Source of the DNA: Octopus vulgaris
Lineage: Eukaryota
DNA: 64,000 nt
Assembly (NCBI GenBank): GCA_951406725.2
Contig: OX597831.1
Span: 31,744,001-31,808,000, forward strand
Direction of reading: 5' to 3'
Shown: piece after piece, positions 14,001 to 24,039 of the stretch
Position numbering within the stretch: position 1 is the first letter of the stretch
Layout of the letters: every line of letters begins with the position of its first letter
Position numbers and translations under genes: made by a program
Notes under the pieces: generated by a model
What the model saw: the letters and a program-made list of their open reading frames with translations, nothing else
The model's database searches: none
What the model was told of the DNA's origin: nothing

Positions 14001-17000
14001 ACCCTCTTTGATCTTTTTCGGTACTCCTCTTTGATCTCTTTCGACAACCTCTTTGATCTCTTTCGGTACTCCTCTTTGATCTCTGTCGGCCCCTCTTTTA
14101 TCTCTTTCGGTACTCCATTTTCATCTCTTTCGGCACCCTGTTTGATCTCTGTCGGCACCCTCTTTGATCTTTTACGGTACTCCTCTTTGATCTATGTCGG
14201 CACCCTCTTTGTTCACATTCTGCACCCTCTTTGATCTTTTTCGGTACTCCTCTTTGATGACTTTCGGCACCCTATTTGATATTTTCGGTACTCCTCTTTG
14301 ATCTCTCTCGGCACCCTCTTTGATCTTTTTCGGTACTCCTCTTTGATCTATGCCGGCACACTCTTTGATTTGTCGGTAACCTCTTTGATCTTTTTCGGTA
14401 CTCCTCTTTGATCTCTGTCGGCACCCTCTTTGATCTCTGTCGACACCATCTTTGATCTTTTTCGGTACTCCTCTTTGATCTATGTCGGCAACCTCTTTGA
14501 TCTCTTTCGACACCCTTTTTGATCTTTTCGGTACTGCTTTTTCATCTCTTTCGGCACCCTATTTGATCTCTGTCGGCACCCTCTTTGATCACTGTCGGCA
14601 CCCTCTTTGATCTTTTACGGTACTCCTCTTTGATCTATGTCGGCACCCTCTTTGTTCACATTCGGCACCCTCTTTGATCTCTTTCGGTACTCCGTTTTCA
14701 TCTCTTTCGGCACCCCTCTTTGATCTCTGTCTGTACCCTCTTTGATCTCTGTCGGTACCCTCTTTGATCTCTTTCGGTACTCCTCGTTTATCTTTTTCGG
14801 TACTCCTCTTTGATCTCTGTCGGCCCTTCTTTGATCTATTTCGGCACCCTCTTTGATCTCTGTCGGCTCCATCTTTGATCTTTTTCGGTACTCCTCTTTG
14901 GTCTATGTCGGCACCCTCTTTGATCTTTTTCGGTACTCCTTTTTGGTCTATGTCGGCAACCTCTTTGATCTCTGTCGGTACCCTCTCTGATCTCTTTCGG
15001 TACTCCCCTTTGATCTCTGTCGGCCCTCCTTTGATCTCTTTCGGCATCCTCTTTGATATCTGTCGGTATCTTCTTTGATCTTTTCGGTACTCCTCTTTCA
15101 TCTCTTTCGGTACTCCTCTTTGGTCTATGTCGGTACCCTCTTTGATCTCTTTCGACAACCTCTTTGATCTCTTTCGGTACTCCTGCTTTTTCATCTCTTT
15201 CGGTACTCCTCTTTGATCTCTTTCGGCACTTCTGTCTGTTCTCTTTCGGCACACTATTTGCTCTCTGTCGGCACCCTCTTTGATCTCTGTCGGCACCCTC
15301 TTTGATCTCTGTCGGTACCCTTTGATCTTTTTCGGTACATCTCATTGATCTATGTCGGCACCCTCTTTGTTCACATTCGGCACCCTCTTTGATGTTTTTC
15401 GGTACTCCTCTTTGATGTCTTTCGGCACCATATTTGATATTTTCGGTACTCCTCTTTGATCTCTGTCGGCACCCTCTTTGATCTTTTTCGGTACTCCTCT
15501 TTGATCTATGCCGGCACACTCTTTGATCACATTCGGCACATTCTTTGATCACATTCGGCACCCTCTTTGATCTCTGTCGGCATCCTCTTTGACCTTTTTC
15601 GGTACTCCTCTTTGATCTCTGCCGGCACCTTTTTTTATCTTTGTCGGTACTCCTCTTTGATCTCTGTCGGCACCCTCTTTGATCTTTTTCGGTACTCCTA
15701 TTTGGTCTCTGTCGGCACCTTCTTTGATCTCTGTCGGCAACCTCTTTGATCTCTGTCGGCAACCTCTTTGATCTTTTTCGGTACACCTTTTTGATCTCTT
15801 TCGGCACTCCTCTTTGATCTCTTTCGGCACCCTCTTTGATCTCTGTCGACACCCTCTTTCATCTCTGTCGGTACACTCTTTGATCTCTTTCGGAACTTGT
15901 CTTTGATCTTTTTCGGTACTCCTCTTTGATCTCTGTCGGCGCCCTCTTTGATCTCTGTCGGCACCCTCTTTGATCTTTTTCGGTACTCCTATTTGGTCTC
16001 TGTCGGCACCTTCTTTGATCTCTGTCGGCAACCTCTTTGATCTTTTTCGGTACTCCTTTTTGATCTCTTTCGGCACTCCTCTTTGATCTCTTTCGGCACC
16101 CTCTTTTCATCTCTGTCGGTACACTCTTTGATCTCTTTCGGTACTTCTCTTTGATCTTTTTCGATACTCCTCTTTGATCTCTGTCGGCACCCTCTTTGAT
16201 CTTTTTCGGTACTCCTCTTTGGCCTATGTCTGCAACCTCTTTGATCTCTGTCGGTACCCTCTTTGATCTCTTTCGGTACTCCCCTTTGATCTCTGTCGGC
16301 CCTCCTTTGATCTCTTTCGGCATCCTCTTTGATATCTGTCGGCATCTTCTTTGATCTTTTCGGTACTCCTCTTTCATCTCTTTCGGTACTCCTCTTTGGT
16401 CTATGTCGGTACCCTCTTTGATCTCTTTCGACAACCTCTTTGATCTCTTTCGGTACTCCTGCTTTTTCATCTCTTTCGGTACTCCTCTTTGATCTCTGTC
16501 GGTACCCTTTGATCTTTTTCGGTACATCTCATTGATCTATGTCGGCACCCTCTTTGTTCACATTCGGCACCCTCTTTGATCTTTTTCGGTACTCCTCTTT
16601 GATGTCTTTCGGCACCCTATTTGATATTTTCGGTACTCCTCTTTGATCTCTGTCGGCACCCTCTTTGATCTTTTTCGGTACTCCTCTTTGATCTATGCCG
16701 GCACACTCTTTGATCACATTCGGCACATTCTTTGATCACATTCGGCACCCTCTTTGATCTCTGTCGGCATCCTCTTTGATCTTTTTCGGTACTCCTCTTT
16801 TATTTTTTTCGGTACTCCTCTTTGATCTCTGTCGGCACCTTTTTTTATCTTTGTCGGTACTCCTCTTTGATCTCTGTCGGCACCCTCTTTGATCTTTTTC
16901 GGTACTCCTATTTGGTCTCTGTCGGCACCTTCTTTGATCTCTGTCGGCAACCTCTTTGATCTTTTTCGGTACACCTTTTTGATCTCTTTCGGCACTCCTC

Positions 17001-17916
17001 TTTGATCTCTTTCGGCACCCTCTTTGATCTCTGTCGACACCCTCTTTCATCTCTGTCGGTACACTCTTTGATCTCTTTCGGAACTTGTCTTTGATCTTTT
17101 TCGGTACTCCTCTTTGATCTCTGTCGGCGCCCTCTTTGATCTCTGTCGGCACCCTCTTTGATCTTTTTCGGTACTCCTATTTGGTCTCTGTCGGCACCTT
17201 CTTTGATCTCTGTCGGCAACCTCTTTGATCTTTTTCGGTACTCCTTTTTGATCTCTTTCGGCACTCCTCTTTGATCTCTTTCGGCACCCTCTTTTCATCT
17301 CTGTCGGTACACTCTTTGATCTCTTTCGGTACTTCTCTTTGATCTTTTTCGAAACTCCTCTTTGATCTCTGTCGGCACCCTCTTTGATCTTTTTCGGTAC
17401 TCCTCTTTGGCCTATGTCTGCAACCTCTTTGATCTCTGTCGGCACCTCTTTGATCTCTGTCGGCACCCTCTTTGATCTCTGTCGGCACCCTCTTTGATCT
17501 TTTTCGGTACTCCTCTTTGGCCTATATCGGCAACCTCTTTGATCTCTGTCGGCACCCTCTTTGATCTCTTTCGACACCCTCTTTGATCTGTTTTGGTAGT
17601 CCTCTTTCATCTCTTTCGGCACCCTCTTTCATCTCTGTCGCCACCTTCTTTGATCTTTTTCGGTACTCCTCTTTGATCTCTGTCGGCATCCTCTTTGATT
17701 TGTCGGTAACCTCTTTGATCTTTTTCGGTACTCCTCTTTGATCTCTGTCGGCACCCTCTTTGATCTCTGTCGGCACCATCTTTGATCTTTTTCGGTACTC
17801 CTCTTTGATCTATGTCGGCAACCTCTTTGATCTCTTTCGACACCCTCTTTGATCTCTTTCGGCAACCTCTTTGATCTCTGTCGGTACCCTCTTTGATGTC
17901 TTTTGGCACCCTCTTT
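11044..17916. repeat. Satellite B: ~300 variant units of 21-23 bp (ggcaccctctttgatctctgtc / ggtactcctctttgatctttttc)
   Basis: Pyrimidine-rich on +, near-invariant core tctttgatc. The unit count is estimated as length/22. A higher-order 1188-bp duplication is visible. Confidence 0.95.
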
Positions 17917-18338
17917 TGGAGAAAATTTTCTGTGAAATTTTCGAAAAATTTTTGAAAACTTTTCAGTTGAAATTTTCGGAAAATTTTTGGGTAAAATTTT
18001 CGATGAAAATTTTCAGAAAATATTCGGTGAAAATTTTCGCAAAATTTTTGGGTAAAATTTTCGGTGAAAATTTTCGAAAACTTTAGGTTAAAATTTAGGT
18101 AAATTTTTGGGTAAAGTTTTCGGTGAAAATTTTCGAAAACTTTTTGGTTAAAATTTTCGGTAAATTTTTGGGTAAAGTTTTCGGTGAAAATTTTCGAAAA
18201 CTTTCTGCTGAAAATTCTCGGTAATTTTCGCAATATTTTTGGGTAAAATCTTCGGTGAAAATATTTGGAAAATTTTTGGGTAAAATTTTCGAAAACTTTT
18301 TGGGTAAAATTTTCGGAAAATTGTCGGATAACATTTGC

Positions 18339-18474
18339 AGTGCCAAAATCACAAAGTATGGAAGGCCAGCGGTTCCCAAATCATAAAGTATGGAAGGCCA
18401 GTGGTGCCCAAATCACAAAGCATGAAAAGCCAGCGGTGCCCAAATCACAAAGTATGGAAAGCCAGCGGTGCCAA
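18339..18474 (+). repeat. 4 x 32-bp cassette, copy 2
   Basis: Same unit order as copy 1 (ggaagg, ggaagg, gaaaag, ggaaag variants). Confidence 0.95.
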
Positions 18475-20760
18475 TTTTCCAAAAATTTTCGGTGAAAATT
18501 TTCGCAAAATTTTTTAGGGAAAATTTTCGGTGAAAATTCTCGAAAAATTTTTGAAAAATTTCGGTGAAAATTTTCGAAAACTTTTTGGGTAAAAGTTTCG
18601 GAAAATTGTCGGATAACATTTTCGGTGAAAATTTCCGAAAAATTTTTGAAAAATTTCGGTGAAAATGTTCGGGTGGAATTTTCGACAAATTTTTGGGAAA
18701 AATTTTCTGAAAATTTTTTGGGTAAAATTTTCGAAAACTTGTTAGGTGAAATTTTCGGTAAATTTTTGGGTAAAGTTTTCGGTGAAAATTTTCGAAAACT
18801 TTTTGGTTAAAATTTTCGCAAAATTTTCGGGTAAAATTTTTGGTGAAAATATTCGGAAATTTTTGGGTGAAATTTTCGGAAAAATTTTTGAAAAATTTCG
18901 GTGAAAATTTTCGAAAACTTTTTGGGTAAAAGTTTCGGAAAATTGTCGGATAATATTTTCGGTGAAAATTTCCTAAAAATTTCGGTGAAAATGTTCGGGT
19001 GAAATTTTCGACAAATTTTGTGGAAAAATTTTCTGAAAATTTTTGGGTAAAATTTTCGGTGAAAATTTTCGAAAACTTGTTAGGTGAAATTTTCGGTAAA
19101 TTTTTGGGTAAAGTTTTCGGTGAAAATTTTCGAAAACCATTTGGTTAAAATTTTCGGTGAAAATTTTCGCAAAATTTTCGGGTAAAATTTTTGGTGAAAA
19201 TATTCGGAAATTTTTGGGTGAAATTTTCGGAAAAATTTTTGAAAAATTTCGGTGAAAATTTTCGAAAACTTTTTGGGTAAAAGTTTCGGAAAATTGTCGG
19301 ATAATATTTTCGGTGAAAATTTCCTAAAAATTTCGGTGAAAATGTTCGGGTGAAATTTTCGACAAATTTTGTGGAAAAATTTTCTGAAAATTTTTGGGTA
19401 AAATTTTCGGTGAAAATTTTCGAAAACTTGTTAGGTGAAATTTTCGGTAAATTTTTGGGTAAAGTTTTCGGTGAAAATTTTCGCAAAATTTTCGGGTAAA
19501 ATTTTTGGTGAAAATATTCGGAAATTTTTGGGTGAAATTTTCGGAAAAATTTTTGAAAAATTTCGGTGAAAATTTTCGAAAACTTTTTGGGTAAAAGTTT
19601 CGGAAAATTGTCGGATAATATTTTCGGTGAAAATTTCCTAAAAATTTCGGTGAAAATGTTCGGGTGAAATTTTCGACAAATTTTGGGGAAAATTTTCTGA
19701 AAATTTTTGGGTAAAATTTTCGGTGAAAATTTTCGAAAACTTGTTAGGTGAAATTTTCAGTAAATTTTTGGGTAGTTTTCGGTGAAAATTTTCGAAAACT
19801 TTTTGGTTAAAATTTTCGGTGAAAATTTTCGCAAAATTTTCGGATAAAATTTTTGGTGAAAATATTCGGAAATTTTTGGGTGAAATTTTCGGAAAAATTT
19901 TGGGTAAAATTTTCGAAAACTTTTTGGGTAAAATTTTCGGAAAATTGTCGGATAACATTTTCGGTGAAAATTTCCGAAAAATTTTTGTGTAAAATTTTCG
20001 GTGAACATCTTCAAAAATTTTTGGAAAAATTTTCGGTGAAAATTTTCGCAAAATTTTCGGGTAAAATTTTCGGTGAAAATATTCGGAAATTTTTGGGTGA
20101 AATTTTCGGAAAAATTTTGGGTAAAATTTTCGAAAACTTTTTGGGTAAAAGTTTCGGAAAATTGTCGGATAACATTTTCGGTGAAAATTTCCGAAAATTT
20201 TTGTGTAAAATTTTCGGTGAACATCGAAAAATTTTTGGAGAAAATTTTCGGTGAAAATTTTCAGTGAAAATTTTTGGGAAAATTTTCGAAAACTTTTTGG
20301 GTGAAATTTTCGGTAAATTTTTGGTTAAAGTTTTTGGTGAAAATTTTCGGTAAATTTTTGTGTAAAATTTTCGGTGAAAATTTTCGCAAAATTTTTGGGT
20401 GAAATTATTCGGAAAATTTTTGGGTAAAATTTTCGAAAAATTTTTGAAAAATTTCGGTAAAAATTTTGGGGTAAAATTTTCGGTGAACATCTTCGAAAAA
20501 TTTTTGGAGAAAATTTTCGTTGAAAATTTTCGAAAAGTTTTTGGAGTAAATTTTCGAAAACTTTTTGGGTGAAATTTTCGGTAAATTTTTGGGTAAAGTT
20601 TTTGATGAAAATTTTCGAAAAACTTTCTGGTTAAAATTTTCGCAAAATTTTTGGGTAAAATTTTCGGTAATTTTCGCAAAATTTTCGGGTAAAATTTTCG
20701 GTGAAAATATTCGGAAAATTTTTGGGTAAAATTTTCGGAAAATTGTCGGATAACATTTGC

Positions 20761-20896
20761 GGTGCCAAAATCACAAAGTATGGAAGGCCAGCGGTGCCAA
20801 AATCACAAAGTATGGAAGGCCAGTGGTGCCCAAATCACAAAGTATGAAAAGCCAGCAGTGCCCAAATCACAAAGTATGGAAAGCCAGCGGTGCCAA
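20761..20896 (+). repeat. 4 x 32-bp cassette, copy 3
   Basis: Units start at 20761 with a partial fifth at 20889; same variant order. Confidence 0.95.
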
Positions 20897-20962
20897 TTTT
20901 CGAAAAATTTTCGGGTAATATTTTCGGTGAAAATTTTCGAAAAATTTTTTGGGAAAATTTTC

Positions 20963-21335
20963 TACAGTCTTATGAGGATATGGAATACTGAATATCACTC
21001 AAAATTCACTTTCTCCACTCCTATCTCAACTTCTTGGTAACACACGGGTACTAGATTACCAAGAGTGTACCGAGAAGCTGTTACAGTCTTATGAGGATAT
21101 GGGATGCTGAATATCACTAAAATTCACTTTCTCCACTCACACCTCAACTTCTCTTCGAAGCTCGGAGCAGTGAGTGATGAGCATGGAGAAAGGCTCCACC
21201 AAGATATTACTAAGATGGAGAGAAACTACGAAGGCAAGTAGAACCTCCAATATGAAGGAGGACTTTTGCTGGATGCTCTTGCGTATCATCCCGGAGGCAA
21301 AGTACACAAGATCGTCGAAAAAAACTCATTTATGA
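20963..21335 (+). pseudogene. Chapaev3-like transposase, C-terminal part (catalytic Glu region)
   Basis: QSYEDMEY*ISLKIHFLHSYLNF / FLGNTRVLDYQECTEKLLQSYEDMGC*ISL..HFLHSHLNF / LGAVSDEHGERLHQDITKMERNYEGK* / DFCWMLL. Confidence 0.85.
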
Positions 21336-21581
21336 CTGTCTGCTGTATTATGATATGTGTGTATTGTATTATCCAAGTAATTTAGTTCCGTGAATGTTCT
21401 GTATCTATGCTGCTTTCTGTGGTTTCTTTTTCTTTTCTGTAATATGCATTTGTAACAGATGAAATAAACACATTATATTTTGAATTGATATGCAGTATAA
21501 ATGGGAGATGCGAGCTAAAAAAAATTTTGTAAACAAGTGTAATAGATGGAAACTGAAAGAAGACTGTTTTTTCCTCTCCCT

Positions 21582-21620
<39 letters not shown>

Positions 21621-21982
21621 CATGCGTGTATATATATATATATATATCTGTGTGAGTTAGAGGTTGAGAAACCAACTAAGGGATAGTACCTATCCAAAAT
21701 AGTGCTGGTAGTGTACCCAATTATTCACAGTCAAGTGCATGGCAATCTCGCAATTGAGTGTTATATCTGGGCGGGGGGAAAAGAGTGATTTACTCTTGAT
21801 TTATACGGCAAATGAGAAAACAGAGAGGATATACAATCGACAGACATCAGCCAGTAAACATTCAAGTGTGTCTATTTATTCATTCAATTGTATTAGATGA
21901 AAACACACACACATGTATGAGTTACACAGATTAGCGAGTAGAAAAAGTTGGTAACTGCATAGACAAGGTTGTGAATACATAT

Positions 21983-22320
21983 TGTGTGATTGTTTGTGAC
22001 CCCCTTCGGTCAGACACTGACCATGGGCTTGCACCTAGAGAATTACCCTCTGAGGCACAAGTCTGGGCAAGGTGGTTTATGGAAGACCAGTAGTCGCCCA
22101 TGCATACCGGCCTCCTCTCTCCAGTCACCAGTGTTATCCAAGGGAAAGGCAAAGGCCGATACAGCTTGGCACCTGTGACATCGCAACTCATTTCTACAGC
22201 TGAGTTAACTGGAGCAACGTGAAATAAAGCGTCTTGCTCAAGAACACAACACGCAGCCCGGTCCGGGATTCGAGCTCACAACCTCACGATCGCTCTAACC
22301 ACTGAGCCACGCGCCTTCAC
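21983..22320 (-). mobile_element. SINE family C (tRNA head, RTE-like 3' tail) with 11-bp TSD
   Basis: Head gtgaaggcgcgtggctcagtggttagagc...ctcgaatcccgg. TSD tgaatacatat at 21972-21982 and 22321-22331. Confidence 0.85.
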
Positions 22321-22644
22321 TGAATACATATAAGTATATAGAAACAAATGAGCAACTCAGTAAATGAGCAAAAATATAAATGTAAATGTATTCAAACCCT
22401 TGTCTGTGCAGTTACCAGCTTTTTCCCACTCGCTAATCTGTATAACATGTGTGTGTATTCATCCTTTATAATTGAATAAATAGACATACTTGAATGTTTA
22501 CTGGCCGATGTCTGTCGATTTTATATCCTCTTTTCTTATTTGCCGTATGTATGTGTGTGTGTGTGTGTGCGAGAGAGAGAGTATGTATGTAATAATAATT
22601 CTAGGATGGAATTTATAAATATCTAATACATCGCTACGCACTTC

Positions 22645-22822
22645 TATATTTCAGAGATGAGGAATTATGTACATTATTTACATTTGATGGATATTTGTCC
22701 TCATCTTGTTTGTTCTTAACACAATGTTTCGGCTGATATACCCTCCAGCCTTCATCAGCTGTCTTGGAGGAAATTTCGAACCTGGGTTCTCATTCTTAAA
22801 GTATTTTTCTATGTTGTTATTA

Positions 22823-22884
<62 letters not shown>

Positions 22885-22956
22885 ATCACTGCCTGGAATC
22901 GAACTCGGAATCTTGGGGTTAGTTAGTAGCCCGCGCTCTTAACCACTACGCCATAT
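22645..22956 (-). mobile_element. tRNA-headed SINE-like element with (TAA)n linker and hammerhead-like 3' module
   Basis: Minus strand: tggcgtagtggttaag (A box)...gagttcgattcc (B box), (taa)n, then CTGATGA-aGGCTG-loop-CAGCC-GAAAC. It interrupts a MITE copy, with gctacgc duplicated at 22633 and 22957. Confidence 0.75.
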
Positions 22957-23194
22957 GCTACGCGCGTTTCCACAATTCGCATGATTTTAACATCAGAGTC
23001 GGTATCCTTGGAATTAATACAGTATAATCCGTATTATCCATGAGCATCCTCATTGGTCATCATCATTGAGTCATTTCATCAGGCGATACTGCATTATTGG
23101 ATGAATCACAGAAGGACTTTTATCCAGTCTTGCCAGTATGAAGGCCAATCTAGCTACGCTTGTCAAGTGGTGGTGGAGGACAAACACAGATACA

Positions 23195-23254
23195 AAGACA
23201 CACACACACAGACACATACATACATAATGCATGCATACATACATACATACATAA

Positions 23255-23285
<31 letters not shown>

Positions 23286-23440
23286 CATACATACATACAT
23301 ACATGCATGCATGCATGCATGCATGCATACATACATACATACATACATACATACATACATACATACATACATAAATACGTACATACATACATACATAAAT
23401 AAATACATACATACATAAATGCATACATACATACATACAC
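23195..23440. repeat. (TACA)n/(TGCA)n compound microsatellite
   Basis: Directly visible; one representative of dozens of (TA)n, (CA)n, (GA)n, (TACA)n, (TAG)n, (GAA)n and (TTA)n tracts across the window. Confidence 0.95.
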
Positions 23441-23999
23441 GCCTGAAAAAAAAAACTACTTTGTTGATGTTCAAATTCGAATGAAGGGTCCATCCATCCA
23501 TCCAGATGGATGTTCATGTTGTTCTATGGGCCAGTATGATCGATGGAGCATCACTGAAGTCTGTCTGTGTTGATGTAGCATGTCTAACGGTGGAAGGTCA
23601 GCAGAAAAGCAGAAGTTGATCTAGCTTCAGATAGTAAGTTAATAGAATGGGACAGCTTGGCTTGTTACTATAGAAATAGGCATATACATGTCTGTGGCTT
23701 TCGATTGGCTAAAATTACCCAAAACTTGCAAACTTTAAAAGCAATTGACTCTTTACTTATTGATTTATGGCGAAAATGAATTTCACGTCAATGATTACTT
23801 TAAAAACTACACCAATACGCCAAATATGAAATCAACTGGAAGAAAAATTGAAGAAATTGGAAAGTGACAGCCAAACACAAAAGATCCATAGAATGAAGCG
23901 GAATAGCTGTGGATTGAAACCAGGCCGCAGACACAATACAGCAGCAAAAAGGAACGAAGTTTAACCGACACTCACAGACCACTGTACGCGCGCACACAC

Positions 24000-24039
<40 letters not shown>

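Larger units (their letters stand above)
17917..20962. repeat. Satellite A, right block, with ~310-350-bp higher-order repeats
   Basis: Same words as 9966-11043. The marker cttgttaggtg recurs near 18738, 19077, 19427 and 19740. Confidence 0.95.
8531..21335 (+). mobile_element. Chapaev3-type (CMC superfamily) DNA transposon relic interrupted by an ~11 kb satellite block
   Basis: Colinear transposase halves at 8734-9965 and 20963-21335. The left end is approximate (degenerate terminus-like sequence from ~8531) and no right TIR was seen. Confidence 0.75.

Noticed and set aside
11007-17865. Long minus-strand ORFs (up to 338 aa, PTEIKEGADRDQRG...) as a repetitive protein gene
   Set aside because: Units are 21-23 bp, so translation cycles through all three frames. 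All frames are open simply because the purine-rich strand rarely forms stop codons, and there is no frame preservation.
11044-17916. CRISPR-like repeat-spacer array
   Set aside because: The variable parts are ~13 bp and drawn from a small recurring vocabulary rather than being unique spacers; there are no cas genes and the context is eukaryotic.
9898-20679. K/F/N/I-rich ORFs in satellite A
   Set aside because: Low-complexity translations of A/T-tract repeat on both strands.
9966-20962. LTR retrotransposon (A+cassette blocks as LTRs)
   Set aside because: No TG...CA termini, primer-binding site, TSD or gag/pol remnants; the direct-repeat likeness is kept only as a hypothesis in the findings.
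22885-22958. Genuine tRNA gene
   Set aside because: A and B boxes are present, but the acceptor stem does not pair and the anticodon arm has a taac duplication; treated as a SINE head. The same applies to the other SINE heads.
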